Assembly (NCBI GenBank): GCA_951406725.2
Contig: OX597814.1
Coordinates: forward strand, 68,324,001-68,388,000
Source: Octopus vulgaris
Lineage: Eukaryota
Length of the DNA stretch: 64,000 nucleotides
Direction: 5' to 3'
Positions 37,909 through 52,800 of the stretch are shown in pieces (within the stretch, counting starts at the first letter, position 1; each line of letters opens with the position of its first letter). Made by a program: the position numbers and the translations under genes. Under the pieces are notes generated by a model. The model worked only from the letters and a program-made list of their open reading frames with translations, was not told the origin of the DNA and ran no database searches.

Positions 37909-39519
37909 CTATTAATAACAAAAATTACAATAACAGTACTACAGCTGAAACTACTACGACCACTAAGATTAAATAATAATAATCATATTTGTTAGGAATT
38001 TTTGCACAATGATAGCAGCTGTGAGGAAGGGGCAAGTCGATTACATCAGTTCCAGCGCTCGACTAGAACCCGAGAGGGACAGAAAACTCAGAATGTATAA
38101 CTGTAAGTTTTTTTCCAGCATGTCAAAGATTCTGTCAGCTCGCCACCTTAAAGATGATCCTTTCTACTATAGGTACAAGGCTGCAACGCTTGGTGAAGGT
38201 GCTAGTCGATTACATGAATTCAAATGCTCAACTGGTACTTATGTCATCAAACCCGAAAGGATCAAAGGCATTGTCGACATCGGCGAAATTTGAACTTAGA
38301 ACGTTCAGACGGACAAAATACCGCAAAGCATTTTGTCTAGACTGCTAACTGTTTTGCTAGCTTGCCGCCTGACCACGTCAGTCGTAACAGATATATGACC
38401 ATGACAGTGGCAACAAAATGCAACAACAACAACAACAACAATAGAAGCAACAGCAGCAGCAAGAGTAACAACAACAACAACAGCAGTGTGTGCACATCAC
38501 GGGAAACGTAAGCAAGAAAATGAAATAATAATGAGGATTATGAGAATTTCTTTAATGGCGATAATAATAGTAATAATAATAATTACAAACACACCCTTTA
38601 GCCTGGTAAGGCAGATTATATAGAGATGGAATCTCAATAAAAATACTCGTAGGAAGGAAAATTCCAGAAATCACTCTCAAGGAATCACGAAAAAAAAAAA
38701 CAATAATGAAATAGTTAACGGCGTGAAGGAAGCTGGAACCAGTTACGGCGAAGGTCTCACGCCCGGTATGGAAGTGATTGGTTACGGATGATCTTTACAA
38801 AGCAACAGATCACATACAAAACCTGCGTGCAGCTAGACACAAGTGGACGAGTACGCTATACTCATACTCATTGAATGTAATGAAAGAACAAAACTAGAAG
38901 GCAGTAGTGGAGGAGGACGACGTACATAATTTCAATGTCAGAAAATAAATTAATGAATCAAGTGAGCGTGATTAGGCCGAAGAATTAGTTAACTGAGGCA
39001 GAAATATTTCAGATTACTGAACGTTTAAGGGAAGCTGCAGGTGAGCAACAAAGGTTGATTAGAGTAGAAACTGAAGCTAAAGAATGTGAAGTTAAAGGCA
39101 GAGAGTAAAATAGACAACAGGAACACGGAAATTATAATAGGACTATTAAGGCTGCTGAGGAGAACTGTTACAAATTGAACTTTGTTACTGATGAGTTTGA
39201 TTATAGAGAACAAGGACAATTATAGATTATTCACTTCAATTACAAAGAGGAGTAAATGAATGCTCCTGAAGAAAATATCCCGATAAGTATGTGAAGGGTT
39301 CATAGGGGAATGATGTATGTAATTGTCAAAAAGATAAATGCTGTTATATCACATATCCAGACAGCGGACATAACGCAACAAGGACGACGGCGGAGGCGGT
39401 GGCGGCGACAGTGGTGGCAGCGACGGCCACGGCGACGACGACAACGATAACGACGACGGTGACAACCATGACGACGAGGGTGACGACCATGACGACGAGG
39501 GTGACGACGACAACGATTA

Positions 39520-42360
39520 CAAAACGCTTTTGACCTCATACCGCGTTCATGGATCCTGAAATCGCCGTTCATCTTCAAAATTTCATCCGTAATTACAAAT
39601 TTTCTGAAGCAAAATATGTTATAGTGGAACACGAATCTCCAATTATATCACTCTAATGGAGTACTAGCTTCAAACAATATTAGCATCAACTGGGGAATTT
39701 TCCAAGGTGATTGACTTTCGCCTTTAAAATTTTTTCATAGCTTTAGTACCTCTTAGATGTGAATTTAACAGAACAGGCTATGGTCATAAGATTGAAAAAA
39801 AAAAAGCCTTAAAACTCTACGGCACAAAAAGTGATGAGTTTGAAGGCTTGTTACATACTGTAAAAGCATTCAGTGATAACATCGGAATGGAATTAGGTCT
39901 TGATAATTGTGCCAAGGCCACTTTCGAGAAAGGGAAATTGATAACACCAAATTCAGTCGTATTAAGTATTGAAACAGATACAAGAACTTGAGCAAGAACA
40001 AACCTATAAATACCTAGGTATAAAAGAAGGTTCTGACATTCAGCGAACGATTAGGAAGGAATGCTATAGAATATGAGTTCTGAAAACTGAGCTAAATGCA
40101 CATAACAAGGCATTCGCCATAAATTCCTTAGTTGTTCCAGTTGTTACTTAAAGCTTCAATGTGTTGAATTGGAATATCCGTAAAAGAAAATCGACGGAAA
40201 AAATCATAAGTTGCTGATTTGTAATAAAATATACGCCAAAAGACAGACGTGGATCTGATTTTACTTTCCCAGAGCTCTAGGATCTAGAAGCTTAATCTAC
40301 AATTGGTCTGGCCACATATCTTGAAACACCTAAGACTGGATGTTAAAACTCGTTGAAAAGCACGGGAGGCGTAAGAAGCTTTATTCTATCTTGGAAGAGA
40401 GGAAATAATTTTCTATTGATTTCATGCTGAATATCCTGAAGGAAATGTGGCAGCTGTTGCTGCAAAGAAAGTAACATAAATGGCAAAGGCAGTAAAATTA
40501 ATTGGCTGGTAGGTTGGAGCAGAAATCTCTGCATGGAAAATATGTGACCCGTTGCAAGCATGCATATGTTGACCAGAAGCATCTTCATCAAAGGCTACGA
40601 AGCATGGGCTCAAGGTAAATAGAAAAGGTTTCATGTTAGCTGCTCAATATCAAAACTTCTTGACCCGGAACTACCAAGTCAACGTGATGAAAAATTGAAT
40701 AGATCTAGAGTGCCGGTTCTGCAATGAGGAAATTGAAACAATGGAGCACCTAATCTTTGAATGTAAATTTTAATCGGTAGTAAAGTGTAAATCAAAACAT
40801 GACACTGTTTGATATGCCAGCATCATAAAATCAAAATTGGTGACAAGTAGTATAAGCATGACTTTGAGACTGTAGCTGAGGGAGAAAATGGGATCTTTTC
40901 TAAAAGATGGACAGAATTTTCTACTTAACTAAATAATTTGAAACTTCGTATACTCTTGGAATGTGTCAAAAGAAAACATTAATTTCGAAAAGTTTTTTTG
41001 AGAAAAATGTATTTTGTAACTTTTAGGTAGTTTAATTCTTCGAATTTTAACCAATCGTATTCTCTGTTTTGACCTCAATTCATTTTTTTCTGCCGTGTTA
41101 TTCGTCCTTATCCATGTCTTCTGTCTTCAAAAGCTTCTCGCATGTTTATTTCAATGTCATCCCAGACTTACGGAACGATTACCTGTGTGTGTGTGTTTTT
41201 GTTGTGTATGTGTGTGCGTGTGTGTGTTTGTTGTGTGTGTGTTATTGTTGTGTATGTGTGTGTGTGTGTTTGTTGTGTGTGTGTGTTATTGTCGTGTATG
41301 TGTGTGTGTGTGTTTGTTGTGTGTGTGTTATTGTTGTGTATGTGTGTGTGTGTGTTTGTTGTGTGTGTGTGTTATTGTTGTGTATGTGTGTGTGTATTTT
41401 TGTTGTGCATGTGTGTGTCTTTTTGTTGTGTATGTGTGTGTGTGTTTTTTGTTGTGTATGTGTGCGTGTGTTGTGTATCTCTTAAATCGAGGAATTTCGT
41501 CGCCCAATAAAAATATTAACGATATTTTTTGAAATTTGATATCGTTAATATTTTTATTGGGCGACGAAATTCATCGATTTAAGAGATACACAACACAGGC
41601 ACACATGCACAACAAAAAAAAAACACACACACACACATACACAACAAAAAGACACACACACATACGCACACATACACAACAAAAACACACACACACATAC
41701 ACGACAATAATACACACACATACACGACAATAACACACACACACAACAAACACACACACACACAACAATAACACACACACACAACAAACACACACACGCA
41801 CACACATACACAACAAAAACACACACACACAGGTAATCGTTCCGTAAGTCAGGGATGACATTGGAATAAACATGCGAGAAGTTTTTGAAGACAGAAGACA
41901 GAAGACATGGATAAAGACGAATAACTCGGCAGAAAAAATGAATTGAGGTCAAAACAGAGAATACGATTGGTTAAAATTCGAAGAATTAAACTACCTAAAA
42001 GTTACAAAATACATTTTTCTCAAAAAAACTTTTTGAAATTAATGTTTTCTTTTGACACATTCTAACAGTATACGAAGTTTCAAATTATTTAGTTAAATAG
42101 AAAATTCTGTCCATCTTTTAGAAAAGATCCAGAAAATGTAACGAGTCTTTGGGACTTTCCGGCACATACAGACAGTACCATCAACGCGAATACGCCGGTT
42201 ATTGTGGCAAAAGACCAAAATAATATCTGTTTATTGATTGACAGGAGTATCCAATGTGGTCATTATATTTCGGCAAAAGAATTTGACAAGCTCAGCAACT
42301 ATAAAGATTTTGCTCGTTGAAGAAATCAAGTATTGAGAAGAGCATTGTCGCTATGCGAAC
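39520..42360 (+). mobile_element. Decayed R4/Dong-type LINE related to 49829-53640, split by a fold-back element
   Basis: Colinear with about 51615-53465 (NAFDLIPRSWILKS...NTNLQLYHSNG). It resumes at GENV..LWDFP after 42130. Confidence 0.85.
40891..42130. mobile_element. 1.24 kb fold-back (palindromic) DNA element with an 8-bp TSD
   Basis: GGATCTTTTCTAAAAGATGG...CCATCTTTTAGAAAAGATCC. The TSD AGAAAATG is at 40883-40890 and 42131-42138, and the arms meet at about 41526-41538. Confidence 0.93.
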
Positions 42361-42479
42361 GACTTCCACTGTGTAAATGATATTTTTTGCATAACTTTAT
42401 TTGATTTGGTAAATGAACAACCTGGGGTGTTTATTTACATGGCCTACCAACGTATACAGTGAGATTCTCTTCCCTACGT

Positions 42480-43250
42480 GTCACGAAAACACACGGGAAT
42501 AAATGGAACCAATATTGTTGGAGGCCAATACACCGCAAGGCTTGACAGAGAAGTGAGCCTAAGTAAAAGCCAACAATGGATCAAATGCTCTGGACTAAAA
42601 GCTGAAAAGAAGGACTGCTTCTCGCTGCACAAGGCCAATGTCTGAATACGAACACGTATAAAAGCAAAATAATGAAAACAGCACAATGAGACAGTTGACC
42701 ACATTATCTCTGGCTGCCCAACCTTGCCAAATTTGAATATATATTGAGACATGACCGAGTAAGTAGTTATATCAACTGGACAATATATCAACACTACAAC
42801 GTAAAAACTGATTATAGTTGGCATAAACATGTGCCAAACAAGATACAAGACAACGTCCAGGCCACAATCATCCAACAAAGAAATCAAAACGATAAAGAAA
42901 TAAAAACTAATCACCCAGGCGTAATCAAGGATTGAGAAAAAATCACCTGCTTACTGATAGACATAATCACTTCTGACCAAAATATTGTTCTAACAGAAGT
43001 GGAGAAGTCGTCAAAGTACAACGACCCCGAAACTGAAATATTCAAGATGTGGTTCATGAAGGTGAAAACAATACCAGTAATAATTGGAGCATTGATCATG
43101 ACAAAAAACATGAGTAAAAAGATAGAAGCTATACCTGGATCCTCAACACTACACAGAATCCAAAAAAATTAGCCCTACAAAGAGAAGCCCACATACTACG
43201 CAAGACAATATCGATTCACTAATGAAACCTAACAAAACAATCCACATGCA
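42480..43250 (+). mobile_element. Decayed 3' fragment of an R4/Dong-type LINE
   Basis: SQQWIKCSGLKAE, ETVDHIISGCP.LA..EYILRHDRV and IPVIIGAL. Confidence 0.7.
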
Positions 43251-43479
43251 CAAGACACACTCTATATAGCAAATATCCAATGAAATAAACAACCAGCTGC
43301 AGACTAGTTGCACACGCATTACACACACAACACACAATACAAGCATTAATACAACAAATGACTGCGTCACACTACATGAAAAAAAGAAACTGATGCAATA
43401 GAGTATCGGGAAGAATTTGCACTCCTCAAACAACGAAAAATAACACACAACGTTGCGCGGATTACAAAAGACCACGTAC

Positions 43480-46400
43480 CCGAAAATTGAACCAAATTCT
43501 GATTGAAAAATCAGCTACTGGATCAAATCTTCCCAACACACAGGAGCTGGACGTACCCCACAACCGGAATATTCCAACAGATGGCCATCCATGCTCGTCA
43601 CCAAATAATCAAAAGAAAAAGAAGGTAAAATGGTCTAGGGAAGATAATAAAGAAGTTCTTGGGGCCTTCTACCATGCCATATATTTCCCCACAGATAAAT
43701 CTAACACTGTACAAACAAACTTAAACTGGAGACAGAAACACCCTGAAGTAAGACCCTACATAGACAGTAACAAACTTGCCAACATCAGAAGAAAATTACT
43801 GACTGAAGTAGAGATTGATCAAGTTAGACAAGCAATATCGGATAAAATGAACGAAGCTGCAGCTAGAGAAGATAATACAGAGGAAATAATTATAGACCAG
43901 CCCAGGGCTGATAAAAACGAAGTAAGGATTGAAAGAGTTAGTATAATTGATATGCAAAGTGAAATACTCCCTGAACCAATCATAAACACAAAGACAGATG
44001 AACATCAAATAGATAGAGAAAGTCACACAAATATTGACCCAAGAGAACTACATGAGCTAAAAAATCAAATCATGATTAAATGGCTGAAAATTAAAGAAAC
44101 CAGCAATTAAAATCCGCAACTCTAACCAAAACATGAAAATAATTGGTAAAATCCGGCTTGCACTTAAGGATATAATTTCAGCTAATGATGTTGATATCAC
44201 AAATCACGACCACCTATACTATGCATCCGCGACAATCTCAACGATCCTATGTGGTGTAAAGATTAGAAAACGGCAACATTCCCACAAAAAGCCTTCTTGG
44301 CAAGAGCGTCTGCAACAACAAATTAAACGATTTAGATCTGACATTGAATATTAAGGCTCACAAGACTACCAAACCTACAAAAACCCAAAAATTGCTGAAA
44401 AATACAATATGAAAACTATACTTGATATTGATGCCACCATAGAAACCATCAAACAAAAGGTATCTGCCAAAGCTGCCCGCATAGCGAGGTATGAAAAGCG
44501 TGTTAGATTTTTCAAGGACAACAACATGTTCAAAAATAACCCCAAGAATTTTTACAGGAAGATAGGAAAAACAGCGTTTACTGTAAATTATGTACCATCA
44601 AAAGAAGAAGTGCAGGGATTTTGGAATAAAATTTGGGCAGAAGAGAAAAAACACAACGAAAAGGCCCCCTGTATTGACAGAATATCTACAGAACTGGACC
44701 CCTTAGAAGAGCAAAAGTGGGAGGGTGTCAAGGTAGAAGATCTGCTCTCAGGAGGTCAAGCAAATGGAAGTCTCCAGGAAAGGATAAAATTCCTAACTTC
44801 TGGCTGAATGCCTTCCCAGAGAGCCATGAACTGCTAACAGAACTGTACAATGATGTTTTGCAACACCCTAGTTGGATGCTTCCTTGGCTAGTTAATGGGT
44901 TAACATTCCTGCTTCCAAAAAGTGAAGAAACAAATGAACCAAAAAACTATAGACCCATAACCTGCTTAATAACTATGTACAAAACGCTAACATCTGTCCT
45001 GACGGAATATACTTATAGTTTTTTAACAGACAGCAGCATATTCCCTAATGAACAGAAAGGATGTAAACGTGGATCCTACGACTGTAAAGATCAACTACTC
45101 ATCAATAAGATGATCTTAGAAGATTGTCACAAACGACACAAAAACTTATCAATAGCCTGGATAGACTATAAAAAGGCTTTTGATAGCCTACCACATAGCT
45201 GGATTAGGAAATGCCTTGGAAATGTATAAGATAGCACCTACTCTGCGAAACTTTTTGACTGTAAGTATGAGATCATGGAGAACCACACTAACTCTGAACA
45301 GTGACAATGAATCCCTAAATGTTGGTGATGTAAAAATTTCGTGTGGCATTTTCCAGGGTGACTCTCTGTCACCACTCTTCTTTTGTTTAGCCTTAATACC
45401 TCTCTCAAAACTGCTCAATGACGCGCAGTACGGGTATAAAATGTTTGATAAAAATATAAATCATTATCATTTACATGGATGATTTAAAGCTCTTTGCAAA
45501 AAATGACCAACAACTCAAGGGCTTACTACCGATAGTCAAACAATTCAGTGACGACATCAGAATGCAATTCGGACTCGATAAATGTGCAAAAGCTACCTTT
45601 ATCAAAATGACAGAAACATCTAACGTTAACCTTGACCAGCAGAATGTCATAAAGGATTAGGCCCAGCGGAGAGCTACAAGTACCTAGGAGTAATTGAAGG
45701 GAACGGAATAAGGCATTCAGAGATGAAGGAAAGGATCAGGTGAGAATGTTATCGAAGAGTGAGAGCAATACTCAAGACAGAGCTGAATGCAAGAAACAGG
45801 ATCGAAGCGATCAATGCATTAGCCATACCAGTTGTGACTTACAGTTTCAATATCGTTAACTGGTCAATTACTGAAAAATGTCAGCTCGACAGAAAAATAA
45901 GAAAACTGTTGACAATGCATAGAATGCACCGCCCTAAGGCAGATACAGAACGACTTTATCTGTCAAGAAAAGAGGGAGGCCGTGGTCTTTTGAAACTGGC
46001 AATAACAATGAAGATTGCTACAATTGGCCTAGACACCGACCTGAAAAAGTCTGAGGACTGGTTGTTAAAACTTGTCTCAGTAACAAACCAGGCAAAGGAA
46101 TATCTAAGTGAATTCTGAATACAACCAATTTCGGAATTAGAGATAGACATACAAGAAACAAGCAAAGAAAAAGCCAAGCGCATGAAAACCCGTGCCAAAA
46201 CTGCTGCCTTAGATATTCTGAATAATAAATGGCAAGAAAAACCTCTCTATGGCAAATACCCAAAGAGAGCGAATAATGCAGATATTGACAAAGCCCTGAC
46301 CCATCAATGGCTAATGGTCTCTGGCTTAAAATCTGAAACAGAAGGGGTTTATCATAGCAGCTCAAGATCAATGCCTACCAACAAAAAACTACCAGGCCAA

Positions 46401-47210
46401 CATATTAAAGAACGGCAGTAGCCCAGCATGTCGTGTATGCCGACAACAAAATAAAACCATTGATCATGTTGTCTCCAAATGCAGTCTTCTAGCGCCTACA
46501 GAGTACCTCAGCAGGCATGATAGAGCTGCACAATATGTTCACTGGGTAATTTGCAAAAACCTGGATTTGCCCCATGACAAAAATTGGTGGGAACATAATC
46601 CACCTCCAATGCTTGAAAATGACCACATCTCACTCCTCTGGAACTTCACCATTCAAACTGACAGAAAGATAGATGCAAATAGGCCAGGCATCATATTGAA
46701 ATACTTCAGACAAAGAACATGCCTCCTCATTGATATGACCGTCTCAATCGATATAAACGTATCTGTCAAGACCTACCAAAAACTGGGCAAATATAAAGAT
46801 CTTGAAATAGAAATCAGCAAAATGTGGAACCTGAAGACTAAATCAATACCTATTGTCATGGTGCCCTGGGAATGATAGCGAAAGGGACTGATTGCTACCT
46901 AACTCAGGTACCAGGAAACCCCAAAATGGCAGAAATTCAAAAGATAGTGCTCATGGGAACTCCTCATATCCTACGCAAAATACTCTCTATGTAATCCCAA
47001 GGTTTAAAACAAACTTTTTTTTTAATGTATTAGACATTCACTAGCACAGCACCAAAAAAAATCCCAAATATATGGCACACTAGGCATAACAACAACGTGA
47101 ACTTCCAACCTGTTGTCTCTTGAGGTCTCTGGGTGAGACTTGGAGCCAACTTGTACAGACATAAAGCAAAAGTCAAACATAGAATAATAATAACAATAAT
47201 AATAATAATA
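43480..47210 (+). mobile_element. Near full-length degenerate R4/Dong-type (RLE) LINE, family B
   Basis: KWSREDNKEV, KSPGKDKIPNFW, QKGCKRGSY.CKDQL, GIFQGDSLSPL, YMDDLKL, a CCHC motif and ANRP.II...LID. Ends in (TAA)n. Confidence 0.9.
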
Positions 47211-47823
47211 ATACTCAACTTTCTCAAAAAGAGATCAAGTGATAGAAGATAAAAGACCGGACCTACTGGTGGTGGAAAGGATACACCACATATGTATAGT
47301 TGATGCTTCATGCCCCTTTGACTCATAAATAATCAAGAAAGAAGGCAAAAAAATAAATAGATACAACCATCTTAAGTACGAAATAGCCCGGCTATACAGA
47401 GATGTACTCGCATAGCAAGTGATTTGATCTGAGATCGTGTGCTGGAACGAAAATAATTGCAGCGTGGAAGGTGTTTGTAAGCCATTTAAGAAACACACAA
47501 AAGCCGTTCGATTCACTTCAACATTTAAGTTTAATTTGTCAAAATATTTTCGTCGCTAAAATCTGCGACTTGTTCACTGACAAAAAGCCCGGCTATAGAA
47601 AATAAAGAAAGAGAAGACAGGGCCAAATATTGTTGTGTCCTTGGAAAGGAAATTAGAATAGAGTGCCCAGTGGAACTTTTACAAGAGGTTTGCCTCATTG
47701 GCATGACCTGAATAATCAGGATAACTGAGAAGAATAGATAGCATGGTACCGTAGGCTGCACGCAGCAAGCCCGCTACACATATAAGACTCCAGGAGCTCC
47801 AATAAAACCTGTGATAAAGAGAA

Positions 47824-47894
<71 letters not shown>

Positions 47895-48059
47895 CTACTG
47901 AATAATAATGATAATAATAATAAAAGTTTTGGGTTTGAAAGTTTAGGGAGGGGCATCTTCCATGGGGACAGCCTGTCCCCACTGATTTTTGTACTCTGCT
48001 TGATACTACTAACATTTTGTGCCGAAAGTGACTTTGGAGTCCAAGTCAGTGGCGAAAGA

Positions 48060-48930
48060 GTCATGGGCAGAACTCGCGCGGGACGCTCGGTGCAGGTCGT
48101 GGATGCTGAAGACGATTCTTTCTTCTCCCGCGTTTTGCCTCCTCATTCTGTTTTCTGCCCTGCTCGAGGAACTGGCTCCAATGCGGATAGCAGTTCTCTA
48201 TGCTGTCCTATCCATGGCAATCTGTTCACATGAGGATGGCTGGATGTTAGCTTGAGCCAAGGTCCGTTTGAGCTGGTCTTTAAAATGGAATTTCAAACCT
48301 CCTCTGGGTCTTGTTCCGATTGCAAGCTTTTCGTAGAGCTTGATCTTAGGGGGATGGGAGGGCTCCATACGCTGGACGTGACCTGCCCAGCGGAGACGAT
48401 GGCGAAGAATGGTGGCTTCGACACCTGGTATTAAGGCGCGGCGAAGAACCTCGTTGTTGGTAACGTGATCTTCCCATTGTCGTAGCTTCAATTGCTGGAA
48501 GCATTCAAGGCGCTTGAAGTCACAGTGGTATAATGTCCAAGTCTTACAAGCATAGAGTCACAGTGGTATAATGTCCAAGTCTTACAAGCATAGAGTTGAC
48601 AGGACACTAGCACGGAAGACCATGATCTTTGTCCAGATGGACAGCGCATGACTGAAGAAAATATGTTGCTGAGTCTACCGAAAGCAGAGTGGGCCACCCC
48701 AATTTATTTTTCCACGTCCTTTTCACATGTAGCGGTCTTCGAAAGGCTACTTTCAAGGTATGTGAAGTGCTCAACTTCTCCTAGGGGTTGGCCGATGATG
48801 CTAATGTTTGTTAGTGGACTGTTCTGGTCTGGTGCAGATTGGCTCAGTGTCTTGGTCTTTAATGTGTTTACCTGCAACATGAAGCGTTCGTAAGCCGCGA
48901 TGTAAAGCTCGACCGTACTTTGTAGGCCAT
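48060..48930 (-). mobile_element. RTE (BovB-like) LINE 3' fragment with an internal 38-bp tandem duplication at about 48520-48597
   Basis: AHSAFGRL, LYACKTWTLY, WEDHVTNNEVL..A, LRWAGHVQRM and RPRGG...FKDQLK. Confidence 0.85.
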
Positions 48931-49302
48931 AAATATAGCATGCCCAGCTGACTACAAGGTATGCGATAAGGAAGAGAGAAAAGTTGATCGATATGACAGG
49001 TTAGCTTGAAAGGTTATGCAGTTCTGATCGCTGAAAAAGATAGCTGGTAGTAGTACCAATAATTATCGTAACACTGGGAACCATGAGTAAAAATCTTGAG
49101 AAGTACATGGAACAAATAGGGGCGCATTAAGGGTGGACCACTTGCAGAAAACAACACTACTTGGAACCGCTCGAATACTCTGGATGGTGCTCGAATAATA
49201 AGGGGTGTTACTTTAGTTCAGTGGTAGTGAACAGTTGACTGCATAGTATATCTCCAGCGTAAAAAGCTGTGCAAAGACAATAAAGTAGTAGTAGTAGTAG
49301 TA

Positions 49303-49370
<68 letters not shown>

Positions 49371-49828
49371 TAGACACACACACTCAAAGAGTTCAACCAA
49401 CACTCTATTGTTAACCAAATATGAAAGTATTATTTGACAGGCAAGAACTCTGGCGTTGAAGACAGTCAGCCAGCCAACGAGACAGACAGACACTACTGTG
49501 ATGATAAAAAAAAAATAAAATAACAATAATAAGATACTGCTGTGACTACACATAAAACAATATCATTGATAATGATGGTGGTGATGGTGATGATGATAAT
49601 GATGATGGTAATGGTGGTGATAATGATGATAGTGATAATAATGGTGATGATAATAACAACAATAAGCCGACTCCGGCTGCTATAATGGTACGATTATAAT
49701 TGTAACGGCAATGATGGCCGCCTCCCCACGAGCCAATCAAAGCTAAAAAATGATAACATTATCGTAGCACCAAAATGTTTTTGGAAACTAAAAGGAAAAC
49801 TAAATCAGTATACCAAATCGCTTGTCCT

Positions 49829-52800
49829 ATGGTTAATCTGGAAGCGCGTCCCCCAGGGAAGAGCCAGCCTGGGTTCGAAAAGTCATCAACTGGCACAAAC
49901 TCTTCTCCGAATACGGACATGGATGGTCACTTGAACGGGAAATCCCCCAACTCGAGCCCTCCAAGTTCACCACCACAACCACCACAGAAAGAAAAATGTA
50001 AGCGGAACAAATGGACCCGAGAAGAGTATAAAGAAGTAATATACGCTTATTACTATGCATTAGGTAGGCCATCTCAAGAGAGACACACCGCAAACTCTTA
50101 CAGTATATGGAGAACACGGAATCAAGACAGTAGGCCCTATTTGGACGAGAACAAATTAGCAAATGTGAGGAGGGATATCCTTAGAAATAACAGACTCACA
50201 GACAGTGAAATAAGCGCGATCAAGCACGCAACGGAAAATGACATAAATATAAGACACAAAGGAAATGAAGAATCAGATGAACAGTATAGCCCGCCACGAG
50301 GCTTAATTGAAAGACTGCCATCTGACCAAAGTACGCAAAGGCCTGAAGATACAAGAAATTCTATTGTACCTGTTAAAGATAGCCAGGAAAACGAAAAAAA
50401 ACAACAGTAACTGAAGATCTCGCATTTGCTGAAGAACACAGAGAGTCTATGGCAGAAATGAGGCAGAAAATCCTGAATACGCTTGAAGTTGTAAGACATA
50501 CAAGTATGAATGATAGAGAACCACTTCATAAACTCTCAAATACAAACCAAAATAAAAAACAAATCCAAATTGGCAACTATGTAACAAATGAAATAATACG
50601 AGAATTAAAACCTGATTTTACTGAGTTAAATGAAATTATTTACGCTTCTGCTAGGGCAATTGAAACCAGCTGTATGCCCCCGAAAAAACAAAGAAAACAA
50701 AACCTGGGAAGAAATCAAACCTGGAGAAGTAAAATTGAAAAAGAGATTGAATTTATGAGAGGGGAAATATCAATATTAAATGAAATGATATGTGGAAATG
50801 ATGTAAGATCCAGAACAGGAAGAAAGATGAAGAGAAAATTTGGATCCTCACCAAGAGAAGAACTGATATCAATAAAAGAAACGCTGAAACAAAAAGTCCA
50901 AGCAAAAGCCCAAATAATACGAAGATTTGAGAAGAGAAACAAGATTTACAAGCAAAATAAGCTGTTCACATCCAATGCCAAAAAATTCTACAGAGAAATA
51001 GGGAAGGAGAAAGTAACCGTTAAAGACCCCCCTCCATGGAAGAAGTTCAAAACTTTTGGAAAAGGATTTGGAGTGACAAGAAGACGTACAACATAAATGC
51101 AGACTGGATTATACAAACTGAAGGATCCTACCAAAATTTTCAACAACAAGCATGGGAAGACATCACAATAGCAGACCTAAGAAAGGCACTCACGAAGGCC
51201 CATAATTGGAAATCCCCCGGTAAAGATAGGGTGCCGAATTTCTGGCTCGCATCGCTCCCATGCGCACACGGTAAGCTAGTTCAGCTGCTCAATGGAATTA
51301 TGAGAGACCCAAAGAAAACACCTGAATGGTTAGCAAGTGGCATTACTTACCTACTCCCAAAGAATAACGAAACCAACATTCCAAAAAACTATCGGCCTAT
51401 AACCTGTCTATCCACCACGTATAAAATCCTAACATCTATCCTGGCGGAGAAAACATATGCGTTCATGGAGAAGAACGATATTTTCCCCATTGAACAAAAA
51501 GGGTGCCGCCGAGGCTCTTATGGATGCAAAGATCAACTGCTAATCAATCGTATGATCCTTGAGAACTGTCACAACAAGCGCAGAAATCTCAGCACCGCAT
51601 GGATTGACTATAAAAAGGCCTTCGACAGTATACCGCATCCATGGATCTTGAGATCGCTGGACATCTTCAAAATTTCCCCTGTGATTTCAAACTTCCTGAA
51701 GCACAATATGTCGTTGTGGAATACGAATCTCCAATTATACCACTCTAATGGAGTACTTGCCTCAGAAAATATAAACATCAACTGTGGAATTTTTCAAGGT
51801 GACTCACTTTCACCTTTAATATTCTGCATAGCCCTAATACCCCTTACAAGTAAATTAAACAGAACAGGGTATGGGTATAAAATTGCCAATAAAAAAATAA
51901 GCCATCTATTTTATATGGATGACTTAAAACTTTATGGTAAAGACAATAATGAACTTGAAGGCCTATTGCGCACCGTGAAAGCATTCAGCAATGACATCGG
52001 GATGGAGTTTGGACTTGAGAAGTGTGCCAAGGCCACTTTCCAGAAAGGGAAAGTGAAGACCACAAATTCAGTCGTGTTAGATGTTGACACAGTCATAAGA
52101 GAGCTTGAGCAAGAACAAACATACAAATATTTAGGGATAAATGAAGGCTCTGGTATTCAGCATGCAAGCATGAAAGAGAAGATCAGGAAGGAATGTTATA
52201 GGAGAGTTCGTGCAGTCCTGAAATCTGAACTAAATGCACGTAACAAGGTGTTAGCTATAAATTCCTTAGCAGTTCCAGTTGTTACTTATAGCTACAATGT
52301 GTTGAACTGGAATATAAGTGAAGTAAGGAATATAGATAGGAAAATACGCAAGCTGCTGAGTTGTAATAGGATGCATCACCCAAAGGCAGACGTAGATCGC
52401 CTTTACCTTCCCAGAGCCCAAGGAGGTCGAGGCCTGATCCAATTTGAACTAGCTTACAAAACAACCACAATTGGACTGGCCAAATATCTCGAAATATCGA
52501 ATGACTGGATGCTAAAGCTCGTGGAAAATCACGAGAGACGAAAGAAGCTTCATTCTATCATAAAGGAAAGCAAAAAATTTGCTATTGATCTCGTGCAGGA
52601 TACCCAAACTGAACAACCCGAGGGAAGTACGGCAACTATTGTTGCAAAGAAGGTGAAGATGATGGCAATGAAAAAAGCGCACGAGCAATTGGCTGATAGG
52701 TGGGAGGAGAAACCTCTGCACGGCAAATATGTGACCCGCAGCAAACAAGCTGATGTTGACCAGAAGCAAACCTATCAGTGGCTACAGAGCTCAGGGCTAA

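Noticed and set aside
39300-39632. Arg/His-rich minus-strand ORF
   Set aside because: It is a (CGA/CGG)n low-complexity tract fused to antisense LINE sequence.
49660-49750. HDV-like ribozyme in the Dong 5' leader (cgcctcccca...gagcc...gctaa)
   Set aside because: Only partial resemblance; I could not build convincing P1, P2 and P4 pairings by eye.
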